DNA of 46,815 nucleotides from positions 1 to 46,815 of the forward strand of contig JAYVTS010000253.1 in NCBI GenBank assembly GCA_043788645.1, in the 5' to 3' direction. Numbering within the stretch: the first letter of the stretch is position 1; every line of letters starts with the position of its first letter. The DNA is from Verrucomicrobiota bacterium (lineage in GTDB: Bacteria; Verrucomicrobiota; Verrucomicrobiia; Limisphaerales; UBA9464). A program made the position numbers and the translations under genes. Under the pieces are notes generated by a model. That model did not search any database. It worked only from the letters and a program-made list of their open reading frames with translations, and was not told where the DNA came from. Shown piece after piece: positions 28,241 to 37,500 of the stretch.

Positions 28241-28470
28241 GCAGAGACGCACTCCCGACGCCGCGCGTGAGTGCCGGGGCAGGCACTTGCCCCGGGGAAT
28301 TTCGGACCGGCCGACGCCTTCGCTGGCCGCCCGGCGCGAAGGCGCCGGGTCTTCGTGGAGGGGTTGGAGATGTGTGTGGGTGGATTCCGATGCGGTCAAT
28401 GCATCGGCGCAGAGACCCTCTCTCTGCGTCGCGCATGGGTGCCGGGGCGGCACCCGCTCCGGGAAATATC
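28241..28470. repeat. REP-like repeat family A copies 2 (28241-28360) and 3 (partial, 28409-28470)
   Basis: GCAGAGAC...GCGC(G/A)TG(A/G)GTGCCGGGGC..GGCAC occurs twice and aligns with the reverse complement of 12337-12427. Confidence 0.8.
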
Positions 28471-28798
28471 ACCGGAACACTCCGTCGCTCCGCACTCCAA
28501 TGCTTTGATTCCTGTAGTCTATCCCAGGTCCGATCCTTAAAGTCAGTTTCTGGGTGATTCGCGGAAAACTCATCGGTTGACTACGCTTATTAATCAGGTA
28601 ACTTGTTAAATTGTGACGGCGGCTCGGACGACTGTTTCTTTTGTGGAAGAATGCGCAATTTCCCGGCATTCAGCAGTCGTATGTGCCTTCGCTGAGGCCA
28701 CCGAAGGTGCCCTGATTCGCAAGGCGCTCTGGCCAGTTGCCAACGAGTATCCAGGTAGGCAGCAGTAGCGTAGATCATCTAAAATGTTTGATTCTTCG

Positions 28799-28828
28799 CC
28801 CTGCTGCCGAAAGGCAGCGGGGTTTTTT
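28799..28828 (+). terminator. Intrinsic terminator within the fsr leader (attenuator)
   Basis: CCCTGCTGCC-GAAA-GGCAGCGGGG-TTTTTT ending 17 nt before the fsr ATG. Confidence 0.8.
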
Positions 28829-28845
28829 ATTAACCCACGACCCTC

Positions 28846-30075
28846 ATGAGTGTCCTCACCCTCGCCGTCCGATCCCAGGCCCGGCCAGTCGCGCCGATTT
28901 TCGCTTCCGGCATTCTATGGGCTCTCGCGGCATCACACTTGCTCAATGACATCCTCCAGGCCCTCATCCCCGCGCTCTATCCGTTGTTCAAACAATCTTT
29001 TGAACTCACTTTTGCGCAGATCGGAATGATCACCTTTACGTTCCAGATCGTCGGCGCCGTTCTTCAGCCGCTGGTTGGCCTCTATACGGACCGGCATCCT
29101 CGGCCCTATGCGCTCGCTGTGGGCATGGCGATCAGCCTGTGCGGATTGGTGTTTCTCGCTTTGGCCACGGGATATGCAGTCGTCCTCTTAGCGGCCGGGA
29201 TGATTGGTTTAGGTTCGGCGATCTTCCACCCGGAAGCATCCCGGATGGCCAGGGCGGCCTCCGGCGGGCGCCATGGATTTGCGCAATCCTTGTTTCAAGT
29301 CGGCGGTAATGCGGGCACTTCCCTGGGGCCTCTATTGGCCGCTTGGATTATCGTGCCGCACGGACAAGTCCACGTCCTTTGGTTCACGATTCTCGCCTTG
29401 GGAGGAATCCTCATTCTTACCCGGACGGGCGCTTGGTATGCGAGCACGCTCGTTGCGTCGCGAGCGAATCGAACGGATGAGGTTCTCGGATCATCCGGCA
29501 ATATCTCCGGGCGCGTATTCCTCGCGTTATTCGTCTTGCTGATGTTGATGTTTTCAAAGTTCGTCTATTTGGCGTCGATGAGCAGCTATTATACGTTCTA
29601 TCTCATTCATCAATTCGGAGTCTCCATCCAAGAATCTCAACACTACCTCTTTCTGTTTCTCATCGCGGGCACCGTGGGTATCTTTTTAGGCGGAGTGCTG
29701 GGGGATCGGGTGGGAAGAAAAGCGGTCCTGTGGTTTTCGATTTTAGGCGTGGCGCCCTTCGCTTTGGTTCTCCCTTATGCCAACCTTTTTTGGACGGCAG
29801 GTCTCTCGGCCGTCATCGGACTGATCATGGCATCGGCCTTTCCGGCGATTCTGGTCTACGCCACCGAATTGTTGCCGAACCGCGTCGGGCTGATTGCCGG
29901 GCTCTGTTTTGGGTTGGCCTTCGGTATTGCCGGTATCGGATCTGCTGTGCTCGGGAGGGTAGCCGATGCCACCAGCATTGGTTTCGTGATGAAACTCTGT
30001 TCGCTACTGCCCCTCATCGGGTTGCTGACCGCGCTGCTTCCGAATACCAATCGCCCGGTCGGAAAGCCGGGGTAG
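28846..30075 (+). CDS. fsr: MFS transporter, fosmidomycin-resistance (Fsr) family
   Basis: SHLLND..Q..IPALYP, LQPLVG.YTD, FHPEASR.AR.ASGGRHG.AQSLFQVGGN. Confidence 0.92.
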   Translation: MSVLTLAVRSQARPVAPIFASGILWALAASHLLNDILQALIPALYPLFKQSFELTFAQIGMITFTFQIVGAVLQPLVGLYTDRHPRPYALAVGMAISLCGLVFLALATGYAVVLLAAGMIGLGSAIFHPEASRMARAASGGRHGFAQSLFQVGGNAGTSLGPLLAAWIIVPHGQVHVLWFTILALGGILILTRTGAWYASTLVASRANRTDEVLGSSGNISGRVFLALFVLLMLMFSKFVYLASMSSYYTFYLIHQFGVSIQESQHYLFLFLIAGTVGIFLGGVLGDRVGRKAVLWFSILGVAPFALVLPYANLFWTAGLSAVIGLIMASAFPAILVYATELLPNRVGLIAGLCFGLAFGIAGIGSAVLGRVADATSIGFVMKLCSLLPLIGLLTALLPNTNRPVGKPG

Positions 30076-30531
30076 AAGTGAACGGCGTGAAGGGGAACAC
30101 GGCTTTGAAGGGGGCCGAGTCGTTTGAAGTAACCGGGGATTTCAAGGACAGCCACATACAGCAGCGATGGAAAACCCGTTTTTACGGGCAGGAATATTGT
30201 CTTCACCCTAAAAACGGAAAATTCCAACTTTGCCATCGTCGATACGGCTCCCGCTACGGTCGGGACTCCTTACACATTTAAGACTTTTGAAAAGATTATT
30301 ATCGATCATTTCCATTTCCCACTTACCTGGGCTCGGTAAAGCTCTGGCGATTTGTTGAAACCGACAGGATTAAACGTTCAGACCGGGGCTGGCGGTCACC
30401 ACTCGGCGGAATCGTAAATTTCTATTGGAGAACGAGGCAAGGGCAGGGCTAGGTCACCCTAACCCACGCCCTATCACCTTAAATTTTGCACCCCGCGATG
30501 CCTCCCAACTCCGGCGTCGAGGCTCATCGCC

Positions 30532-33162
30532 TTAATGCCGACGCAGTTTGAGTCGGTGATCAATCCGCTTGGTTTGAAAATGTTCGAGCGGCGGTAGTAC
30601 CGTTACTGTGGGCGATTCCGATAGCTGCAAGGTCGCTTTCGCGACCCGTTGAAACTCGGACCAACGCGACCAGTCCAACCGGGGCGAATTCGCCACGGAT
30701 CGAAGGGAGCTGCGCCATTCGATGACAATTCGATCAATATCACCCGCGCCGAGTAAATCCGTAACAAATCGGTGTTTCGCAAACGGATCCTTTTGGAGGG
30801 TGCGCACGACGAGATTTGCGCCATCCCCATATTTCGGTGGCAATCCGTTCTCCAAATAGCCGCTGACCGAGAGCAACGCGTATTTTTGGTGACACGCCTC
30901 CGCCAAGCGCCCGCCCCAACGATTGTCATCCCCGCAAAACCGAAAACCCGCATCGAGATTGGCTAGGTCGTAGACGAGTTCGTCCACCGGATAGGCCGGA
31001 TCTTCCAGAGCCGCCGCGACCGCCAGACCATCGCCGCCCGAGAAAAAACTTACCACTCGACCGCGCCGAGTGGGCACGCCTTTGGGATCAACCAAATCCA
31101 GGCGCCTCCAGAGCAGTGCTGTGCCGGTCGTGGTGGGCAGTTCTTTGCAAGTTTCAACCAATGAACACGTCGCACAATCGGCCGGAAAGACTTCCCGTTC
31201 GATCGGCTTCCATAACGGTACGCCAAAGGTATCGACGGGGACTTTGACGACCTGTTCCGCCAAACTCACCAGGGCGATAATCTTGGTCGGGTGCCGTTCG
31301 AAGCGGAGGAGTGGGGTGCGTTGAAGGTTGAATTTTTCGGCAATAATCGGCGCGATGGATTCATCAAATGCAGCCAGCGAGGCATCGCGTCCGACCCAGC
31401 CAATGAGACGACGGATGGGTTTGGCGAGGATCACGCGATCCTCCCCCAACCGTTCGGCAATGCTCATGGAACGACCCCAAAGTCGGCCGTGAACGGACTC
31501 CCCGACAATGGCCAATCCGCCGACGCCCACCTTCTCCAAGGCACCCGGTTCGGTGAGCACGGGTCGCAGCGTGTCGTTGGGCGGCTCGGAAACGAGCATC
31601 GTCTGGGTCCCGAGTGGCGTGGTGACATGGGGCGGACTCACCACGGCGGCTTCACCCCGAATCCGCGCCGATTCGAGTGGAACCGCAGGAAAACTCGCGG
31701 GCCGAACGGGCGCAAAAACCTCCCCTAACCGGCGGTCTTGCCAAAAAGGATAGGCTTCCCAAGCACCGCGAGAATTCTGAAGTTCGCGAACCCGTTTCCG
31801 CACATGGCGGGCTCGCTCGCTATCGGTGCGGAGGCCGCACGGAGTCTCGGGGTGTTTGAGCGAGGTTTCGACGCCCAGAAAAATCGGTTTGGTCGTGAAA
31901 AGGCGCTCTTGAACCCGCACCGCCTCGGTGTACGGATCTCGTCCCGCAGTGGCCGCGGCGTGCATGAGAGACAAGAGGGCGCTCCAATCCACCATCCCGC
32001 TTCGGCTGAGTTGGACGGGATGCCCATCGCGAATTCGAAGTTCGTTGGCCGTGACCAAGACATGGCCCGTATCGTCGAGTCCACGCCTCCCAGCGCGGCC
32101 GAACATTTGATGAATTTCGTCAGCCTTCAGCGGCACCACTAACCCATCACGCTTATAGTCGGCGGCAGTGATCGCCACGGAGCGAAGACTAAAGTTAATA
32201 CCCGCCGCTAGGCCCATGGTCGCCACCACCGCCCGGAGTTGGCCGGCTTTAGAGAGCGGCTCAATCACCCCGGCCCGGATCGCATAACTTAAACCACTAT
32301 GATGATAGGCTACCCGCGCCTTCAGGAGTTTGGCGAGGTGTTCGCCCACGAGTTTCTTTTGTGCCTCCGAGAGTTGTAAGGGGTTCGGATTGGGCAATTG
32401 ACGAGCGAGTTCAGCCGCTAATTCCTCGGCATGGGCTCGGCGGGGCGCAAAAAAAAGAACCGGCCCCAGTCCGTCCGCCAGGGCTTTCGCAGTCACGCGC
32501 GGCCAATACCCCCGAATCTCCGTGGGCAAATGATAGCTCAATTGGCTCACCATGACTTCATCCAACGGCACCGGCCGAACATCATACTTGACCAACGAGG
32601 CCTTCCGTCCAAGCCGGGTCAACCATTGCACGAGGTGATGTGGATTCGCGACCGAGCCGGATAATAGAAGCAATTGGGTGCCGGCGGGTGCGAGGGCCAT
32701 GGCCAGCTCGTAATTCAAGCCGCGATCTGGGTCGGCTAACATCTGATATTCATCCACCACCAGCAAGGTCGGGCCATCGCCTTCGATCAGGCGTTGCTTC
32801 TGTGTTTCGAGCGTGGCGACCAAAACCGGGGCCTTCAGATTTTCAGCAAGGTCGCCGGTGGCAATGCCTACATTCCAACCGCGGGCTCGCCATTCGGCCA
32901 GCTTATCATTGGCCAATGCTCGAGTGGGAACGGTGTAGATGGCCTGCCCCCGATTTCGACCCTGGTTGGACCAGAGTTCGAAAATAAGCGTTTTGCCCGC
33001 TCCCGTGGGCGCGCTGACGACGACATCCCGCCCCGCCCGCAAATGGGTGACGGCCTGTTGTTGCCACAAATCGGGAATGGCGACAGGTTGCAGCCCCACC
33101 GGGTCATCCGGGACCCTCCGATGAGCTGTAGTCGCTTCCAGTTTTTCTCCAATCCGTTGCAT
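30532..33162 (-). CDS. Ski2-like DEAD/DEAH-box helicase
   Basis: APTGAGKT, PTRALAN, VDEYQ, LSGS, HHSGL, QMFGRAGRRG; start moved to 33162 to avoid overlap with the upstream gene. Confidence 0.9.
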   Translation of the reverse strand: MQRIGEKLEATTAHRRVPDDPVGLQPVAIPDLWQQQAVTHLRAGRDVVVSAPTGAGKTLIFELWSNQGRNRGQAIYTVPTRALANDKLAEWRARGWNVGIATGDLAENLKAPVLVATLETQKQRLIEGDGPTLLVVDEYQMLADPDRGLNYELAMALAPAGTQLLLLSGSVANPHHLVQWLTRLGRKASLVKYDVRPVPLDEVMVSQLSYHLPTEIRGYWPRVTAKALADGLGPVLFFAPRRAHAEELAAELARQLPNPNPLQLSEAQKKLVGEHLAKLLKARVAYHHSGLSYAIRAGVIEPLSKAGQLRAVVATMGLAAGINFSLRSVAITAADYKRDGLVVPLKADEIHQMFGRAGRRGLDDTGHVLVTANELRIRDGHPVQLSRSGMVDWSALLSLMHAAATAGRDPYTEAVRVQERLFTTKPIFLGVETSLKHPETPCGLRTDSERARHVRKRVRELQNSRGAWEAYPFWQDRRLGEVFAPVRPASFPAVPLESARIRGEAAVVSPPHVTTPLGTQTMLVSEPPNDTLRPVLTEPGALEKVGVGGLAIVGESVHGRLWGRSMSIAERLGEDRVILAKPIRRLIGWVGRDASLAAFDESIAPIIAEKFNLQRTPLLRFERHPTKIIALVSLAEQVVKVPVDTFGVPLWKPIEREVFPADCATCSLVETCKELPTTTGTALLWRRLDLVDPKGVPTRRGRVVSFFSGGDGLAVAAALEDPAYPVDELVYDLANLDAGFRFCGDDNRWGGRLAEACHQKYALLSVSGYLENGLPPKYGDGANLVVRTLQKDPFAKHRFVTDLLGAGDIDRIVIEWRSSLRSVANSPRLDWSRWSEFQRVAKATLQLSESPTVTVLPPLEHFQTKRIDHRLKLRRH

Positions 33163-33172
33163 GGCCAGAAGT

Positions 33173-34480
33173 CTAGCGCGGCGCCTTAGGACGGTGGCGA
33201 TAGCGCTCGTAGAGCTGGGTGTGGCGGCTTTCGAGGGAGGTTTCCTCACCGCGAATCCACATCCGGGTGACGTGACTCCGAATATCCAACAGATCGCCAT
33301 CGACGACGATCATACTGGCCTCCTTGCCCACCTCGATGGTTCCCAAACGATCCGCTAGACCCAGCATCTTGGCGGGATGCATCGTCAGCCCTCGAATGGC
33401 CTCCTCGTGCGCGAGTCCGAACGCCGCCGCCTGCGCCGCACAGTAGGGAATATTGCGAATTCCTGAGGCCCCAAACGGGTCCGTCCCTTCGGTAAACGCC
33501 ACCGGAACACCCGCCTTGGCTAAGGCCGCCGGAGCCGCAAACTGGACGTCATACGGATCGGTGTCGCGCGGGGGTTGAGTGAAAACGTGTTCATAAGCCA
33601 CCGCGACATGATTTGAAGCAAGCAAATCGGCACAGCGCCACGCGTCACGACCGCCCGCCAGAACGACGGAGTATTTCCTTCGGCCGCTCCATTCGATGGC
33701 GGATCGAATTTGACGGTATTCACTAGCGTGCAACCAAAGAGGCAATTCTTTGCGAACGATCGGAAGCATCGCTTCCCAGGCTGGGACGGGCTTAAAGTCA
33801 GGGCTTTTCGGGGAGGCCTCCTTTGCGTGTGAATACGCCTCCGCTTCGGTAAAAAAAGCCTCCAACTCACGGATTTTCCGATCACGATCACGGATTTGAT
33901 CTTCCAGGGATTTCCATTTTTCTTTATTGGCAGATAGATGCTTGGGGGTTGTATCCAGGTCGAAGGTCGGCCAAAACACATGCAAAGCCGCCGCCCGTCG
34001 GATCGTCAGGTCTTCCGTGGTCCAGCCGCGCAATTGAATCACACCACTTACACCACTCACCGTGCCGCCCAAAGGAATCACTTGGGCGTGAGTATAACCG
34101 TTGGCGCGGGCAACGGGGATCAGTTCAGAATCTGGATTCACCGCGACCCACGCCGCGACGTCGGGCGTAAACTCGCCAACCTCCGTCGTATCTCGCGTCG
34201 CCCGAACACCCTCAATTTCGAGCAGACCCAGTACCGTCGTCGGAGCAATCAATCCGGGATACAAATGTTGCCCCTGCAAATCCAAAGTTTTATCAGCGTC
34301 CGCCTCCGCAGCGGTTCCCAGTGCGATGATTCGCCCATCGCGGATCAATACGGCCGCGTTGGTCAGGGTGGGACCGGCGACCGTGTGAACAATACCCCCC
34401 GTCAGCCGAAGCGAAGCGGCCCAGCCCGATGATACCAGACCCACCCAAAGCAAACCGCAAAATAAGAAACGATGCTTCAT
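33173..34480 (-). CDS. Secreted amidohydrolase-fold protein
   Basis: Signal peptide; DLQGQHLYPGLI and LTMHPAKMLGLADRLGTIEVGKEA..DGDLLD amidohydrolase termini. Confidence 0.88.
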   Translation of the reverse strand: MKHRFLFCGLLWVGLVSSGWAASLRLTGGIVHTVAGPTLTNAAVLIRDGRIIALGTAAEADADKTLDLQGQHLYPGLIAPTTVLGLLEIEGVRATRDTTEVGEFTPDVAAWVAVNPDSELIPVARANGYTHAQVIPLGGTVSGVSGVIQLRGWTTEDLTIRRAAALHVFWPTFDLDTTPKHLSANKEKWKSLEDQIRDRDRKIRELEAFFTEAEAYSHAKEASPKSPDFKPVPAWEAMLPIVRKELPLWLHASEYRQIRSAIEWSGRRKYSVVLAGGRDAWRCADLLASNHVAVAYEHVFTQPPRDTDPYDVQFAAPAALAKAGVPVAFTEGTDPFGASGIRNIPYCAAQAAAFGLAHEEAIRGLTMHPAKMLGLADRLGTIEVGKEASMIVVDGDLLDIRSHVTRMWIRGEETSLESRHTQLYERYRHRPKAPR

Positions 34481-34509
34481 GCACGACTCAACTTTAGACC
34501 GAAGGCCGA

Positions 34510-35025
34510 CTAGGCCGATCGTTTGGCAGGCGGTTTGACGGGCGGTTGGGAGGCCCGCTTCGGCGATGGTTTTGGATCGGGAACGACCCCAATGGCCTTC
34601 CAAGTCACCGGTGTCGCCGGTGTCGCCGTGCCTTTGGACGCGGCTATCGTCGGCGCCGAAGTAGAAACCGGGACCGCGGGTGAACGGACCGAATCATTGA
34701 CGTCCGTTGCGGATTTCTGGCGATATAAGACAATGACATGTCCGATCACCCAAATGAGGTGACTCCGGGTTCTTGCCGCCACCTGCTCAGCGAGTTCAAA
34801 CCGTTGTTCTTTGAGTTCGGTGAGTTTGATTTTAATCAATTCATGCTGAGCCAACTCGTGTTCCACGCCCGAAATGAATTCCGCGCTCAGTCCCGATTTT
34901 CCGAGTTTGGTGACGGCATGAAGGCGTTGTGAACGGCTTTTAAGTTCGCGGACCTCACGATTGGAGAGTGGTGCGAGCGCGGAAACGGGTGGAATTGAAG
35001 GGAGAGGAATGGCCGATTGACTCAT
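34510..35025 (-). CDS. yhbY: YhbY/CRS1 (CRM domain) RNA-binding protein with Ala/Pro/Lys tail
   Basis: LKSRSQRL...LGKSGLS...HELIKIK...IGHVIVLYR. Confidence 0.85.
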   Translation of the reverse strand: MSQSAIPLPSIPPVSALAPLSNREVRELKSRSQRLHAVTKLGKSGLSAEFISGVEHELAQHELIKIKLTELKEQRFELAEQVAARTRSHLIWVIGHVIVLYRQKSATDVNDSVRSPAVPVSTSAPTIAASKGTATPATPVTWKAIGVVPDPKPSPKRASQPPVKPPAKRSA

Positions 35026-35507
35026 AGTTTTTGAATTTTGGAAAGGAGCTTGGATGTGGAACGACCGGGTAGGAAGGGAAGGAAAACAATTAGACCGCCT
35101 ACCGCCTCAACGGTACCGCGTTCCTCAGGATTCAAGGTGGCGAGCGTATAGTCGCCTCCCTTCACGTACACATCCGGTTCGGCCAGAGCCAGGAAGTGAA
35201 AAGCTCGTACTTCTGGGAAAATGCAAACTGCATCGACGCAGCCGAGCCCGGCCAAGACCACGGCTCGATCCCCCTCAGGGACTACGGGACGGTCGGGACC
35301 CTTCAGTTCGCGAACCGATGCGTCGCCGTTCAGACCTACCAACAAGGCGTCGCCTTCGGCCCGGGCGGATTCCAGATAGGAAACATGGCCGGCGTGGAGC
35401 AGGTCAAAGCAACCATTGGTGACCACCAAACGGCGGCCGGCGCGGCGGAGAGCCGCGCGCCACGCAACAAGGGCATCGGCGGTGAGAACTTTGTCCTGGG
35501 CGGACAT
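35022..35507 (-). CDS. rfaE2: RfaE domain II-type heptose-1-phosphate adenylyltransferase / cytidyltransferase family
   Basis: TNGCFDLLHAGH, GLNGDASVRELKG..RP, YVKGGDY, GRSTS. Confidence 0.88.
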   Translation of the reverse strand: MSAQDKVLTADALVAWRAALRRAGRRLVVTNGCFDLLHAGHVSYLESARAEGDALLVGLNGDASVRELKGPDRPVVPEGDRAVVLAGLGCVDAVCIFPEVRAFHFLALAEPDVYVKGGDYTLATLNPEERGTVEAVGGLIVFLPFLPGRSTSKLLSKIQKL

Positions 35508-35702
35508 CCTTCCAACCTGGCAGTCCGTTGCCACCGGGGAAAGCCGACCTGTACCCATTCCAATCGAAAATTCATTCTACGACACCCTTAGTTTCAGCCA
35601 GTGAGAAATTTGGATTGTCAAACCCAAGATTTATGAAATCATGAGCTGGTAGAGCTTTTGCACGCATTAGAGTGCCGAAACAAATTAACGCGTTGATTCT
35701 TT

Positions 35703-36107
35703 TCATGGGAAGGTTGTAAATGCACCTTGACTCAAATTTGTGTAGGAACCGGAACCGGTCGCTTGGAGGGACACCGCTCGTACCATGTAGCGGTTAGTTC
35801 CGCTAAGGGTCGTACTGGTAAAGGTTGTCGCCGAGAGCGGAGAGCCAGTATTTTCAGCAAGGTAGTTCAAACCGGACCCAATTTCGGTGTAATGGTTCGT
35901 AAAAGTTTGGGTGCTTCCAAACTCGTTGGTGGTCTGGGTGAACCACTCGACCACTCGATGGTGTGGACCGCGTTCTACGACCTTCAGTTGGGTCGCGGAC
36001 GGTTCGGGAGCGACGTTTGCGACATTCCATATCCCCGGGCTGCAACGGCTCATCAACGTGCGGCATTCGGAGGGAAACCAGTTTATTAAAAAAGCCCGGT
36101 TATCCAC
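35703..36107 (-). pseudogene. Probable chimeric remnant of large secreted protein(s)
   Basis: VVERGPHHRVVE..TNHYTEIGSGLNY segment abuts a beta-rich C-terminal-like YMVRAVSLQATGSGSYTNLSQGAF segment; no signal peptide or convincing start. Confidence 0.4.
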
Positions 36108-37500
36108 CCGCGGGCGAGGTGTTGCCTCGGCGCGTCGTGGTCATGAGCGGCTCGACGATAACGGGGGTGAAAATGGCTCTTAAGGAGCCCGTTGCCGGAT
36201 CGTATACGCGAACGAGTCCATCGAAACCTCCTATATAGAGTGACGTGCCATCGGGGCTAAAGGCCAACGCATAAATCGCCCCGTCGTGCCCACTGAGCCT
36301 TTGTTTTCGAGAGCCATCGCTGGTTTGATAGATGCGGACTTCGCCTCCAACACCCGCCGCCGCCAGGAGGCTGCCATCTGGGTGCCAAGCGACGGCGTGA
36401 ACCGGACCGGGTTGCCGCTCGAATTCACGAACAAGATTTACATCATTGTTTCCAGCGGTGCGTTCTTGGTTTTCTTTCGCTCGATAGAGCCGCAATCCTC
36501 CCTCGGCTCCTCCGTAGGCTGCCCATTCTTCCTTGGGATGCCGCGCCAAGCTGACAATGGGTTCCAGCAACTTATTGATGTCGTCAATGAATTGACCATT
36601 GCGGACGTCGATCAGTTTTATTGCCCGATCACGACTGCCGCTGAGAAGTCGCTTGCCGTCGTTGACCCAGGCTGTCCGTAGCACCCAATCGCCGTGATTA
36701 TCGAATTTCACCAGCTCGTGGCCCGTGGAGACCTCCAAGATGTGGGTGCTTTTGTCGGCTCCACCAAAGGCGAGTTTGGACGCGTCCGGTGACCAAGAGA
36801 TGCCAAAAGCAGAATCGGTCCCGACTTTCCACGCGACGACCGGTTGCGCGTTCGATTTAACGTCAGAAACCGCCCAGAGCTGCACCTCGCCGAAGCGAGC
36901 GGGCGCACCAGCGCTGACCGCCAATTTCGTGGAATCGGGGGAAAAGGCGAGTGATTCAATGCGCGGGGATTCGCCCAGCCAACGGGCTTTGAGTTCGAGC
37001 GTCGCCGTGTCAAATAGAAATACTTCGTGATATCCAGAAAGTGCCAGCCATTGGCCATCGCCAGATAGCGTCAGGGCGCTAATCACCGGGCGGGCATGGT
37101 AGACGGGCAATTCCTTTAGCTTTGTCGAATAGGCATCTGCCGGGGTGTCATCGACCACGCCTTCCTGAATCCAGCGGGTGAGCAAACTCACCTCCGCTTC
37201 ACTCAGGAGGTCGCCTTCTTTGGGCATCTCCGGTTCTTTGCCCGAAACCTGTGCAAGGAGAAGGGATTCGGCGGGATTGCCGACGACAAAGTTGGGACCA
37301 TGTTTTCCACGTTTCAGCAAGCCGACGTACGTGGAGGTATCGACCTCACCCTTGAGCTTGTTCGGATTATGGCAGCCGTTGCAGGAGCGTTTGAAGATCG
37401 GATGGATCTCGTGATACCACGAAACCGGTGCGGCCGTTATTGGGGTGGCGACCAGAATTGCCATGGCGAGAAACGAGAAAACGAGTGGGTTCATGAGCAT
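36100..37500 (-). CDS. Planctomycete-type cytochrome c domain + WD40 repeats, secreted
   Basis: Signal peptide; IHPIFKRSCNGCH heme motif, MP..G..L..WI.EG; WD40 repeats. Confidence 0.92.
   Translation of the reverse strand: MLMNPLVFSFLAMAILVATPITAAPVSWYHEIHPIFKRSCNGCHNPNKLKGEVDTSTYVGLLKRGKHGPNFVVGNPAESLLLAQVSGKEPEMPKEGDLLSEAEVSLLTRWIQEGVVDDTPADAYSTKLKELPVYHARPVISALTLSGDGQWLALSGYHEVFLFDTATLELKARWLGESPRIESLAFSPDSTKLAVSAGAPARFGEVQLWAVSDVKSNAQPVVAWKVGTDSAFGISWSPDASKLAFGGADKSTHILEVSTGHELVKFDNHGDWVLRTAWVNDGKRLLSGSRDRAIKLIDVRNGQFIDDINKLLEPIVSLARHPKEEWAAYGGAEGGLRLYRAKENQERTAGNNDVNLVREFERQPGPVHAVAWHPDGSLLAAAGVGGEVRIYQTSDGSRKQRLSGHDGAIYALAFSPDGTSLYIGGFDGLVRVYDPATGSLRAIFTPVIVEPLMTTTRRGNTSPAGG

Noticed and set aside
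28134-28557. Several overlapping ORFs
   Set aside because: They are translations of GC-rich repeat family A
30076-30531. ncRNA or small gene between fsr and helicase
   Set aside because: No recognisable RNA motif or credible ORF by eye
33163-33300. Extended helicase N-terminus
   Set aside because: Overlaps the amidohydrolase coding end on the same strand
36100-36108. DnaA-box-like TTATCCACC
   Set aside because: Single imperfect copy coinciding with a stop codon; likely chance
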